From NCBI GenBank assembly GCA_977017575.1, contig CDRNVI010000069.1, forward strand, positions 387,664-451,663: DNA of 64,000 nt, given 5' to 3'. A program made the position numbers and the translations under genes. Shown here in pieces: positions 50,590 to 61,830 of the stretch (within the stretch, counting starts at the first letter, position 1; the number at the start of each line of letters is the position of its first letter). Below the pieces are notes generated by a model that saw only the letters and a program-made list of their open reading frames with translations, did not search any database and was not told where the DNA came from. The stretch is from Paramoeba atlantica (lineage: Eukaryota > Protista > Discosea).

Positions 50590-53500
50590 TTACTTTGGTG
50601 TCCCCCTTCCACCGCCAGTTCTCGTAACTTTCTGGCGAATAACAACTCTTTCCTCTGCCTCACGTTTAGGCGCGGATGAGGCTTTCACTGCACGCTGACT
50701 TTTCGCGTTTCGTTTTGCAAACTGCTGAGCAGTGGTTTGCGAATTTGAAGACTTTCTTCTCTTTATTTCAGGTTCGCTTACTTTCTTTCTAGATGCAGAC
50801 AATGCGAGCGAGTCTGCTGCCTCGTTCCAAGGATTTCCCGAGTGAGATTTAACTTTACACATGTATATTTGTACCCCTTGACCCTTCAACGCGCGTAATT
50901 TATGGTCGATTTGATCCATCAAGTCTCCATTTGCAATTCCGATGTAGCCTACAACGCGAAAACGTGATCTTAAACTGTGAAAATATTGCCAAACGTAACA
51001 AGAATCAGTATGAAAAACGCAAGAGAGTGATCCTTCTGGAATTTTCGAAATAGCCTCACGAAATGCTAATAATTCGGCCCTCTCACTTGTTCCCACCTCC
51101 AACGGAATAGAGTAGTAATCAGGGTCACCCTTAATCTTCAAGAAAACAACGCCAGCACCGCTACGCACCGTTTGTGTTCCGCGCAAAACTCTCACTGAAC
51201 CATCCGTGTAGAAATGTATAGATTTAAGTTTGGGGAATGGCACGCTAGATTCTTCAATAAATTGTAGCTCTTTATAACTCTTGTTCTTGATAGCTGTGGC
51301 TTTCAATGCTTTCCATTTTTTTGTAGTAGCACGCTCGTAGTCAACCACTGGCTCAAGTGAAAGTTTTAGCTTTTCGGTGAGACGAAACCAATGTTCTCGA
51401 TCTGTAGCATAAACCAATGCCTCTTCTAAAGTTATACCCAAGTCTGAAATACATGCTTCGCTTGGAGAAGGACGTCTCGAATTAGATTTATGTCTCCATT
51501 GCACCAGCTCTCGATAGTTCGAAGAATGTCTCAGCATGTGTCCGGTAAGTTTGGCTCTCTGAACTTTGTGAATGGTGGAAAATCGTGATGTATTTACGTA
51601 GAGAGAGTCTGTAGGATAACAAAAACCATACTCGTCCAATTTGTTGCACTGAGATGCAATTCTTCTCATCGTATTAATTTCGACATCAATCGAACGCAAC
51701 ATTTTTTGAGAAATGTGCAATGCGCCTGAACCAAAGTTCAGAATAGGGTATATAAGCACGTCGTATAGTCTGAGTTTAAGATGAGAGCTTAAAGATGAAA
51801 TCCATATTCCTCGCATGCGGGCAAATGAGGACCAAGCAAGTTTCAAACGATCTTTGATTGTAGATGATGTTTCATTGTCTTGAAGATGCCCTAGATGTCG
51901 ATACGAATCTACTCTAGGTACCTTTTCCAGTTCTTTTGTCTGGAGATTCTTATTTGAGCCGGCAACCTTACCGAAAGGTATCCATGCGGTTTTTGTAACA
52001 CCTACAGCTATCTTTAGGTTCGCCAAGGAAGCATCCTTTGACGTTTCGTCAATCATTTCCTGGAGACCTTCCTTTGTATCACTGAACAATACAATGTCAT
52101 CTGCAAAATCAATATCAGAAATTCGTTTTTCCTGTAGGTTCCGTTTTCTTGTCCCGCTTGAACTCAAAAGTAATCCGCGATTTTCCAGGTCCAGCGACTT
52201 ATTAAGAATGCGATCCATAACCATCACGAAAAGGTAAGGGGCCAACACATCCCCTTGGAGTATTCCTGTAGTTATCGGAAAAGAATCTGTGATACCAAAA
52301 GGTGTGCGGACTACTCCTTTCAGATTTGAGTACAATGACATGATCATTTCGGATAGACGAACGCCCACGTGAAATGCTTTCAGACTCGCTTTTATCGCAG
52401 CGAAAGATACAGATGGGAATGCTTTTGCGAAATCAATGAACGCTACACAAACACCTTTATTCCGAAATGCCTTGGACTTTATTTCATTCATGATTGTTTG
52501 CGCACCAGCGGTAGATCTATTTTGACGAAAACCGTATTGATTGTCTCGAAGAAGTGGTTCAACGCTGGGGCGGATGCGAGTAAGAATCATAAAATTCATC
52601 AGCTTGACTATACTGTTTACAAGGCAAATAGGGCGCCAGTTTGAAAGCTGCGATAAATCCCCTTTCTTTGGAATAGGTATTTGAAGAATGACTTTCCATG
52701 ATGCTTCGGTAACGCCTGTTTCATGCACTTCATTGATTAGCTCCAGCAATAAATCTCTAAAATCCTGATGTGTCGAAATTGCTTGTAAGGCCTCCATGGG
52801 AATACCGTCCCCCCCTGGGGCTCTATTCTTCCCGAAGTGCGAAAGCGAATAAAAGAGCTCCTCGGCAGTAAACTTGCCATCTGAAATTGGTATAAAGGGA
52901 AGATGTACTTCATTAAAAGAAATGTTGGGGTCTCCCCGATCGTACCCTGTGAAATTCATAAAGTGCTTACGTACCTCTTGGAGCTTATTTTTCTTTGCAT
53001 TACCAGGCGTAGTGAAGGACACGCGGTAGGTTCCGCACACTTGCCGTAGTGTTCTCCATGGGTTCGAGTGGTTTTTCTTAATACTTTTTTCGAGCTCTAC
53101 ACATTCATTGGTGATTTCCGTCTCGACTTCTGCTCTATGCTCCTTAACCAGGCTCTTAAAAGTTGCTATACTTTTACTCTGTTGGTATAACTCTCTAAGC
53201 CCATGAGCCATGGACTCTCGTGCGGGCTTTCTATCAGAATTCCGTTTTTGTGGTCTGTGGAGCTCTCTGGCTGCTTGTAGAATGCATTTTGAGAGAGCTG
53301 TCCACTTGGTTGGTGCATCGCTATTTTGCTCATATTTCTTATGCACATTCTTGACGTACTCCGCTCGTTTTGTTTCATCACGAAGTTGAAACCAAGGAAT
53401 GATTTTTGATGCCTTTGAAGTACTTGATTTCCACTTGATTTTTACGAGCGCTTGTTCACAGCAGTGCGTTGTGGGAATAGGTGCCATAATAACTTTATGA

Positions 53501-54723
53501 CGTTGTATTGCAGAAGCAAATCTGTTGCAAATACATATGTGATCCAATTGCCGCAAGACTCTCTTTGGCTTCTTGACGTTCGTTTGTTTTTCACTCTTTG
53601 GTGTGTTGTTTGGCAATTCGCATGTCCATGTTCGGCTGCTTGGACAGAGAGCATGAGCAGATTTGCATCCGATTGAACACAATAATCCCTTGAAACGTGC
53701 AATTGCATGTGGATCTAAATCCTTATTGGTCAAAAGTGTAAGTGGTGAGTTAAAGTCACCTAGAACGAAGAGAGGTCTGTGTAAATTGTTCTCCCGAATT
53801 CCTGCGCAGCAGGATTCTACATCCCCATGGAACTCTGTAATCTCTGTCTCGGCAGAGTCTCTAGTAGGAGAATAAACGTTGACAATGTGTCCAACTCCGT
53901 CCTCCATTTCAAATTCGCTTACCATGATTCGCTCAGTCAGTTTTGAAACATTAATCAGTGGAGTGCTGCTAATAACACCCATTCCATTATATGCGTCTTT
54001 AGCGCGAGCCGATGTGAGGTAAAGATGATAATCCGTTTTCCGGTAACGTACTTTGCGATGTAGGACTTCAGCCATTTCGGTAGATGAAAACCTGTAGCGC
54101 GTCTCCTGCATACATAGTATATGAACTCCTTTCCGATTCATAAAACCAATCACCTCATACAGATGAGCACTTTTTCGTAGAGAAAATTCATCATCACCCT
54201 TCAGCTTTAGAGTAGTCACGTTTAATGTTGCAATGCTGAGCATTTTCTTCACAGCGAGGTCTCTTGGACCCTCCGAGTCGCGTAGAAAACGTTTGCCAGA
54301 CTGTTTCCTCGATTTGCGATGTCGCTTTTTCTTGCGACAGACATCCCTAGGCACTCGCAGACGTGCTGCACACAGTACTACTACTGGATTATAAGGCGGA
54401 AAAGGAAGTGTTTCACGCGGACGTTGAGCATAGAGCACTCGCCAACGACCATCATTACGAGGATATCCTGAACGGAATGGACTCCAACGTTCAACGACCC
54501 CCTCCCATAGCTTAAAATCTGATGTATTCTCGAGCCTCCATACAACTGCCAGTTCGCACCCAGAAGACATCTGCCGCGCTAGTTGGCGCAACGACCTCGC
54601 GCGGAGTTTAGCAGGCCTTGATTTACCCATGGAAGGATAAAACAAAACCCCCCGATCAAGCGTGGAACGCGAGAGAAGATTCATGATTTCAGTGGACTCT
54701 CGTGGCCCGGACGCGTCCGCCAT
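50590..54723 (-). CDS. Apurinic endonuclease-RT-RNase H polyprotein (1377 aa; Ingi/L1Tc-like architecture)
   Basis: APE: TLNVTTL, CMQETR, NVYSPT, LGDFNS, LDHI. RT: NWRPICL, FIDFAKAF, GILQGDVLAP, FADD. RNase H: YTDGS, RAEL, HTDS, SHSGNPWNEAAD. Confidence 0.92.
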   Translation of the reverse strand: MADASGPRESTEIMNLLSRSTLDRGVLFYPSMGKSRPAKLRARSLRQLARQMSSGCELAVVWRLENTSDFKLWEGVVERWSPFRSGYPRNDGRWRVLYAQRPRETLPFPPYNPVVVLCAARLRVPRDVCRKKKRHRKSRKQSGKRFLRDSEGPRDLAVKKMLSIATLNVTTLKLKGDDEFSLRKSAHLYEVIGFMNRKGVHILCMQETRYRFSSTEMAEVLHRKVRYRKTDYHLYLTSARAKDAYNGMGVISSTPLINVSKLTERIMVSEFEMEDGVGHIVNVYSPTRDSAETEITEFHGDVESCCAGIRENNLHRPLFVLGDFNSPLTLLTNKDLDPHAIARFKGLLCSIGCKSAHALCPSSRTWTCELPNNTPKSEKQTNVKKPKRVLRQLDHICICNRFASAIQRHKVIMAPIPTTHCCEQALVKIKWKSSTSKASKIIPWFQLRDETKRAEYVKNVHKKYEQNSDAPTKWTALSKCILQAARELHRPQKRNSDRKPARESMAHGLRELYQQSKSIATFKSLVKEHRAEVETEITNECVELEKSIKKNHSNPWRTLRQVCGTYRVSFTTPGNAKKNKLQEVRKHFMNFTGYDRGDPNISFNEVHLPFIPISDGKFTAEELFYSLSHFGKNRAPGGDGIPMEALQAISTHQDFRDLLLELINEVHETGVTEASWKVILQIPIPKKGDLSQLSNWRPICLVNSIVKLMNFMILTRIRPSVEPLLRDNQYGFRQNRSTAGAQTIMNEIKSKAFRNKGVCVAFIDFAKAFPSVSFAAIKASLKAFHVGVRLSEMIMSLYSNLKGVVRTPFGITDSFPITTGILQGDVLAPYLFVMVMDRILNKSLDLENRGLLLSSSGTRKRNLQEKRISDIDFADDIVLFSDTKEGLQEMIDETSKDASLANLKIAVGVTKTAWIPFGKVAGSNKNLQTKELEKVPRVDSYRHLGHLQDNETSSTIKDRLKLAWSSFARMRGIWISSLSSHLKLRLYDVLIYPILNFGSGALHISQKMLRSIDVEINTMRRIASQCNKLDEYGFCYPTDSLYVNTSRFSTIHKVQRAKLTGHMLRHSSNYRELVQWRHKSNSRRPSPSEACISDLGITLEEALVYATDREHWFRLTEKLKLSLEPVVDYERATTKKWKALKATAIKNKSYKELQFIEESSVPFPKLKSIHFYTDGSVRVLRGTQTVRSGAGVVFLKIKGDPDYYSIPLEVGTSERAELLAFREAISKIPEGSLSCVFHTDSCYVWQYFHSLRSRFRVVGYIGIANGDLMDQIDHKLRALKGQGVQIYMCKVKSHSGNPWNEAADSLALSASRKKVSEPEIKRRKSSNSQTTAQQFAKRNAKSQRAVKASSAPKREAEERVVIRQKVTRTGGGRGTPK

Positions 54724-54737
54724 TTTATCAAATTAAA

Positions 54738-57700
54738 TTAATAAAAAGGTTGATCTTAATAAAAAGGTTGATCTTAATAAAAAGGTTGATCTTAATAAAA
54801 AGGTTGATCTTAATAAAAAGGTTGATCTTAATAAAAAGGTTGATCTTAATAAAAAGGTTGATCTTAATAAAAAGGTTGATCTTAATAAAAAGGTTGATCT
54901 TAATAAAAAGGTTGATCTTAATAAAAAGGTTGATCTTAATAAAAAGGTTGATCTTAATAAAAAGGTTGATCTTAATAAAAAGGTTGATCTTAATAAAAAG
55001 GTTGATCTTAATAAAAAGGTTGATCTTAATAAAAAGGTTGATCTTAATAAAAAGGTTGATCTTAATAAAAAGGTTGATCTTAATAAAAAGGTTGATCTTA
55101 ATAAAAAGGTTGATCTTAATAAAAAGGTTGATCTTAATAAAAAGGTTGATCTTAATAAAAAGGTTGATCTTAATAAAAAGGTTGATCTTAATAAAAAGGT
55201 TGATCTTAATAAAAAGGTTGATCTTAATAAAAAGGTTGATCTTAATAAAAAGGTTGATCTTAATAAAAAGGTTGATCTTAATAAAAAGGTTGATCTTAAT
55301 AAAAAGGTTGATCTTAATAAAAAGGTTGATCTTAATAAAAAGGTTGATCTTAATAAAAAGGTTGATCTTAATAAAAAGGTTGATCTTAATAAAAAGGTTG
55401 ATCTTAATAAAAAGGTTGATCTTAATAAAAAGGTTGATCTTAATAAAAAGGTTGATCTTAATAAAAAGGTTGATCTTAATAAAAAGGTTGATCTTAATAA
55501 AAAGGTTGATCTTAATAAAAAGGTTGATCTTAATAAAAAGGTTGATCTTAATAAAAAGGTTGATCTTAATAAAAAGGTTGATCTTAATAAAAAGGTTGAT
55601 CTTAATAAAAAGGTTGATCTTAATAAAAAGGTTGATCTTAATAAAAAGGTTGATCTTAATAAAAAGGTTGATCTTAATAAAAAGGTTGATCTTAATAAAA
55701 AGGTTGATCTTAATAAAAAGGTTGATCTTAATAAAAAGGTTGATCTTAATAAAAAGGTTGATCTTAATAAAAAGGTTGATCTTAATAAAAAGGTTGATCT
55801 TAATAAAAAGGTTGATCTTAATAAAAAGGTTGATCTTAATAAAAAGGTTGATCTTAATAAAAAGGTTGATCTTAATAAAAAGGTTGATCTTAATAAAAAG
55901 GTTGATCTTAATAAAAAGGTTGATCTTAATAAAAAGGTTGATCTTAATAAAAAGGTTGATCTTAATAAAAAGGTTGATCTTAATAAAAAGGTTGATCTTA
56001 ATAAAAAGGTTGATCTTAATAAAAAGGTTGATCTTAATAAAAAGGTTGATCTTAATAAAAAGGTTGATCTTAATAAAAAGGTTGATCTTAATAAAAAGGT
56101 TGATCTTAATAAAAAGGTTGATCTTAATAAAAAGGTTGATCTTAATAAAAAGGTTGATCTTAATAAAAAGGTTGATCTTAATAAAAAGGTTGATCTTAAT
56201 AAAAAGGTTGATCTTAATAAAAAGGTTGATCTTAATAAAAAGGTTGATCTTAATAAAAAGGTTGATCTTAATAAAAAGGTTGATCTTAATAAAAAGGTTG
56301 ATCTTAATAAAAAGGTTGATCTTAATAAAAAGGTTGATCTTAATAAAAAGGTTGATCTTAATAAAAAGGTTGATCTTAATAAAAAGGTTGATCTTAATAA
56401 AAAGGTTGATCTTAATAAAAAGGTTGATCTTAATAAAAAGGTTGATCTTAATAAAAAGGTTGATCTTAATAAAAAGGTTGATCTTAATAAAAAGGTTGAT
56501 CTTAATAAAAAGGTTGATCTTAATAAAAAGGTTGATCTTAATAAAAAGGTTGATCTTAATAAAAAGGTTGATCTTAATAAAAAGGTTGATCTTAATAAAA
56601 AGGTTGATCTTAATAAAAAGGTTGATCTTAATAAAAAGGTTGATCTTAATAAAAAGGTTGATCTTAATAAAAAGGTTGATCTTAATAAAAAGGTTGATCT
56701 TAATAAAAAGGTTGATCTTAATAAAAAGGTTGATCTTAATAAAAAGGTTGATCTTAATAAAAAGGTTGATCTTAATAAAAAGGTTGATCTTAATAAAAAG
56801 GTTGATCTTAATAAAAAGGTTGATCTTAATAAAAAGGTTGATCTTAATAAAAAGGTTGATCTTAATAAAAAGGTTGATCTTAATAAAAAGGTTGATCTTA
56901 ATAAAAAGGTTGATCTTAATAAAAAGGTTGATCTTAATAAAAAGGTTGATCTTAATAAAAAGGTTGATCTTAATAAAAAGGTTGATCTTAATAAAAAGGT
57001 TGATCTTAATAAAAAGGTTGATCTTAATAAAAAGGTTGATCTTAATAAAAAGGTTGATCTTAATAAAAAGGTTGATCTTAATAAAAAGGTTGATCTTAAT
57101 AAAAAGGTTGATCTTAATAAAAAGGTTGATCTTAATAAAAAGGTTGATCTTAATAAAAAGGTTGATCTTAATAAAAAGGTTGATCTTAATAAAAAGGTTG
57201 ATCTTAATAAAAAGGTTGATCTTAATAAAAAGGTTGATCTTAATAAAAAGGTTGATCTTAATAAAAAGGTTGATCTTAATAAAAAGGTTGATCTTAATAA
57301 AAAGGTTGATCTTAATAAAAAGGTTGATCTTAATAAAAAGGTTGATCTTAATAAAAAGGTTGATCTTAATAAAAAGGTTGATCTTAATAAAAAGGTTGAT
57401 CTTAATAAAAAGGTTGATCTTAATAAAAAGGTTGATCTTAATAAAAAGGTTGATCTTAATAAAAAGGTTGATCTTAATAAAAAGGTTGATCTTAATAAAA
57501 AGGTTGATCTTAATAAAAAGGTTGATCTTAATAAAAAGGTTGATCTTAATAAAAAGGTTGATCTTAATAAAAAGGTTGATCTTAATAAAAAGGTTGATCT
57601 TAATAAAAAGGTTGATCTTAATAAAAAGGTTGATCTTAATAAAAAGGTTGATCTTAATAAAAAGGTTGATCTTAATAAAAAGGTTGATCTTAATAAAAAG

Positions 57701-57743
57701 GTTGATCTTAATAAAAAGGTTGATCTTAATAAAAAGGTTGATC
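54738..57743. repeat. Perfect 18-bp tandem array (TTAATAAAAAGGTTGATC)x167
   Basis: 3006 bp with no variant units seen. Confidence 0.97.
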
Positions 57744-57757
57744 AGAACAGTTACAAG

Positions 57758-59660
57758 CTACAAGTTTCAAGAAAGTTGCTCTGCTAACGTTGTTGAATGC
57801 GTTGCTTAGGTCGACTTTACATAATACCATGTCGGGGTTGTCCGTATGAATTGTCATTGCGTGCCGGCAAGTGTGAATTATTCGTTCCGAACCGGCCGGT
57901 GTCGCGACGCCGAACTGTAGTCCCTTAAAAAATTCCCTGGCTTTGCTCCTCACTGCATTGCAAGCCGCTTTGCTTACCAATCGACGTATCGTTTCTCCCG
58001 CTGCTATGGGGCGGACGTCATTTTCGCCCTTTTCAAGCGCGCAAAGTCTGGCTCCCGCAAAATATGGTTGTACCTCTAGGGGTGCTTTCCCGGCTAGTAG
58101 ATGATTCACGAGGTTTTTAAGGGCAGTAAGGGGTTTCACGGTGTTATCTACGTGCGCCAGGAGTACAGCTTGCAAGTGCTCGGGTCGTAAACCCATGGTT
58201 CCGGACGAGGAACCCCGGTGAAAGCTCTTGATAGTTTTCGCTACCACGGGTTCATCCATTATTAGGGGCGCTGTGGGCGGAGGCGTATAGTCGATGATGT
58301 CACTGTCTGGATGTCGGGGCGGGTGCTTGCTCTGAAGTTTGAGGAGTGTGTCTTCGTCGTCAGGCGCCATAGCATCCGCCGTGAGTGCAGCCATACCCCT
58401 AGAGTACTCGCCTTGTCGAGCTAGAAGCTCTGCTCGGATAGCTGCCTTTTCCTCTTCGTCGTGAACGGTTGTAGGGGCTACAGATTGTTTCTTGAGTGCG
58501 TTGTCTACTGCTTCATTCCATAGGGAGACATAATCTTGCGCGAGCCATCGGTTCATGCACTTCTGGACGTATGATGCGTAAGTTGTGTGGTTCTTACGTC
58601 CTCCTCGGTGTGGGGCGGGTAGTAAGCACTTGGGGAGCATGGCGAATAGGGTCCACGCGGCTGTAGAGTTTTCGGTGACTGCGTTTTGGGCTGCTTTGGT
58701 GATAATTTCTCCCCACAGTTGACGGCAACGTGGAGGCACGTCCTTGCAAGTGTTCAGGCGCAGCGTGCAGATAGAGGATAGCGAGGGAAGTTCAGAGTGA
58801 TGAGTTTGAGTCCCCGGAAGGTGGCTTGGGTCGCTCGAGTGTGCTGCGCGCGATGGGATTTGGGGGTTCGCAACGTTCCCTTTGCAGGCTTGTGGATGAG
58901 CTTCCCTTTTGTTGATGTCATAATGGCGCCCGCATAAGTTGCAAAGAAATCGGCCTTCTGCATCCCACCAGGTAGCGGGAACTCCGTTTCCGTGGCGACA
59001 CGCGACGTGGTTATAAAACGCTTGCCAAGACCCTCCGTGCGGCAGACTTCTCCAAGTGCATCCCATGGCCGGACATTCCCGAGTCTCTTCTCTTGTTTGT
59101 GTCTTTTCAGCGAAGTTATTTTGGTTTGCGGCGTGTCGCGGTGAAGAGAAATATGTCCGGGGCTCCGGTGTTCGCCTTGACGAGCGCGAGTCCGCTTTGG
59201 TCACTCCTTTCGATGGGGAAGTGTTTCGACCTTGGTGGGAAAGAGCATCCTTCACTGCGGATTTGAGCGTCCGAGCTTCATCGGGGATCTTTGATGTGGG
59301 TGTAGCCTCGTGAGTAATTTTCTGCCTTCTCACCCCACAGTGCTGCATCTCCTCGTCTTCGGCCTCTACGTGGCCCGTGTCTGGGGTTTCCTTTTCCTGG
59401 GAGATGTGACGTGCGCGTTCCAACCATTCCTTAGGAATATTCGCCGGGATTGGTGTAGTGTAGAGTTGTTCGTCGTATGTGCTGACAGCGCGAATCAAAT
59501 GCTTGTTTCCTTGGAATTGGTCCCAACTGCCGAGAGAGTGCGCACGTTCTTCGTCGGCGAGAGCGCCTACGCTGAGAGCTCCTTCCTTTGCACTCATATG
59601 GAATGAGGAGTGGTCCTCGTTCGAGCGTGCGGGGCTCTGAGGAGTATTGGTTTGCGTCAT
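57758..59660 (-). pseudogene. 5' half of the split element (LsmAD-like, Zn fingers, RT N-terminal half)
   Basis: WDQFQGN...STYDEQLYTT, CPAMGC...HVACRH, CNLC...HPQAC, RPIAAGE, KVDLSNAFN. Confidence 0.88.
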
Positions 59661-59777
59661 AAAAGAGCTGGGCCCCGAGAGAATACTACGTAAAAAAAAA
59701 TTCAACAAGGTACAGAAACTGTATCTTTATCGTTAAAGATAAAGATTCTTTATCTTTAAAGATAAAGATAAAGATTC

Positions 59778-61373
59778 TTTTTTTTTTTTTTTTTTTTTTT
59801 TTTTTCCTTATAATCTTCCTCATGCCTGCGGCATTCATACGCTTTTGAAGGGGGAGTCTGCGGTATACATATGAAATACAATCACTATTTTACACAAGTT
59901 TACATATTATAAAGGAACCTAATATTCTGATCTGCGTATTAGGAGGAAGAGGAGGATGGGAGTAGCTCGGCTAGCGCATCGTCTTTGGCTGGGAAAGAGC
60001 AAGCAACTAGGTGGAAGAAGCAAAGTGAAAGAAGAAGCAAAGTGAGAGAAGACTGGGGGAGGGAGAGTATGCGAACACACTTAGTGACCTTCTAGAAGCG
60101 AAGTCCACCTATCCAGTTATCCTTCGGAATGTACTCACGTAGTTGAGATACCACCGTGTATGCGGACATCTTTTCAATCTCAAGTTGAAATCCCTGTCGT
60201 ACATTGTCGTAGTTCATTTTTGCGCGCTGCGCTATTGCCTTCAAAAGTGCCTTGGTGTCATTGTGTAGAAGGCCACAGTCTGAGGTGGCCAGACAACGGA
60301 AGTATTCACTATCGACACCCTTTTCGGAGACATATTTCTTGATTTTTCGATCGATCGCTTGTTGTATGAGTGCTGAACTGGTCTGTTTCGCGTAACTGTT
60401 GCAACAGGTGTGCACCACCGTGAAGTCATAGAGCACTTCCCCCATGTGTGGCCACATGATGGCGAGATCAGGTCCCGAGCGGATACGGCGTGCTTTACAT
60501 GGATGCTGTTCGGCTACGTCGGCGGCGATGGAGCATTTACATTTGGTGCAGTAATATGAGGAGTGAATGCGCGGTTCAGTGACGTTCGGAAGACCTGCTT
60601 TGGAACATAACTCTGATAGGTAGCGGACGATGTGGGAATGTTTGCGTGTGCAGTTCATACCAGAGCAACGAGAGCAGCCTGCAACATGTGGAATGATACT
60701 GGATGGGGATTCTTGGGTGCAGCATCCAGGGCATGTGACTTTGGCAGGAGCTTGAGGTAAACTGATTCCTAACCGCATCATGAGTGTGTATCGAAATAAA
60801 TAAGGATTGATATAATTGCTCGTGCTTTCGAGATGCAAGTTGTTCTCCATAGTGCGTTTCATTACAAGCTCCAATTGCGAATTCTTCCGTAGCTCGCAAG
60901 CCTTCTTTTCGTGTTCCTCTTTCATCTTCTTTTTCAGAAGCTTCTGGGCGACTTCACTACGACTTTGTCCGTTGGCGTGTACTTTATCTCCACCTTTTAT
61001 ACCTACTGGAGCGTTATTGGGTTTTGGGTGCTCAACAATAGATTTCCTAGCAGTTTCAAAGTAGTATTTCTGCTTCAAAGTCGAAGAGATCAATCCTAGG
61101 CCGCCTAGTTTCTGAGGAAGGACCGCTAGTTGCAAGGCTTGTGTGTCAGCTCCGCACCATTTCTTAAGAACTTGTTGAACGTGGTCTTCGAAGGTTTCGG
61201 CTAGCCGCGTGGTTGCTTCCGGACGATGAACTCGCAGATGATAATCTTGTCGCGGAATCGTGCATCGACGTAGAATTGCGAGGGAGAGATTGCTTGGACC
61301 CATGAGCAGGAGTCGACGGAAGAGGCATTTGTGTTTTTCCATCTTCCGTAGAAGAAGATCTTTTAACACCTCA
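59778..61373 (-). pseudogene. 5'-truncated YQDD-lineage element (post-RT region, Zn fingers, RLE; ORF 60092-61369) with 3' UTR and poly(A)
   Basis: LGGLGL, CPGC...HVAGC, RSGPDLAI, RKIKKY; T-run 59778-59805; preceded by (TTG)n at about 61374-61396. Confidence 0.85.
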
Positions 61374-61830
61374 ACAACAACAACAACAACAACAACACTG
61401 ATATAATCAGTTAAGGGGTTAATATTTTCCCTTAAACATCTTCACACCTTAGATTAAAAACACTGACCACACAACTGTTTGCCATATCTCAAATTTAATG
61501 TTTGTTTTAATGAGTCCTCGCATAATGATGAGTCTTTTCATTACAATAAACCAGGAAATGGAACCACCAACGCCCCTAGAGTTCAACGCAAATTGAAGGT
61601 ATCAACTACTTGAGCGCTAAAATAAAACAATACAACTAACATATAAATATGAACATAAAACTTATAACCTTATATATCTACAATAAATAATAAATATAGT
61701 AATAAGAATAAAAACAACCTGACAGAAAAAACATGAATAAGAACTGCTCGCCTTGTCCGGGCTACAAAATTGCTACTCAAAATTTGAAATTATGGGGGGG
61801 GGAATATATTTCACAAGATTTCAAATACCA

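Larger units (their letters stand above)
50381..57757 (-). mobile_element. APE-RT-RNase H LINE with 5' 18-bp array and (TTGGA)4 tail, flanked by a 13-bp TSD
   Basis: Tail tccaa x4 at 50381-50400; ORF 50590-54723; array 54738-57743; TSD as above. Confidence 0.85.
47849..59739 (-). mobile_element. LsmAD-type CRE-like element split by a 7.4-kb LINE insertion (5' half 57758-59660, 3' half 48396-50380)
   Basis: SL 59739-59703, ATG 59660. The TSD CTACAAGTTTCAA (50368-50380 and 57758-57770) rejoins TFLKLV|GEHFPEL in frame. Poly(A) at 47849-47866. Confidence 0.88.

Noticed and set aside
54738-57743. CRISPR array or telomere
   Set aside because: No spacers, no cas genes, eukaryotic context; the unit is not TTAGGG-like and the array is internal to a TSD.
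57715-57757. U2 snRNA-like words (TAAGATCAA, TTATTAA, AACTGTTCT) in and beside the 18-mer
   Set aside because: Matches are 7-9 nt and in permuted order; consistent with chance.
54702-57809. 1035-aa (IKRLIL)n ORF
   Set aside because: Translation of the stop-free 18-bp array; no start context or domain.
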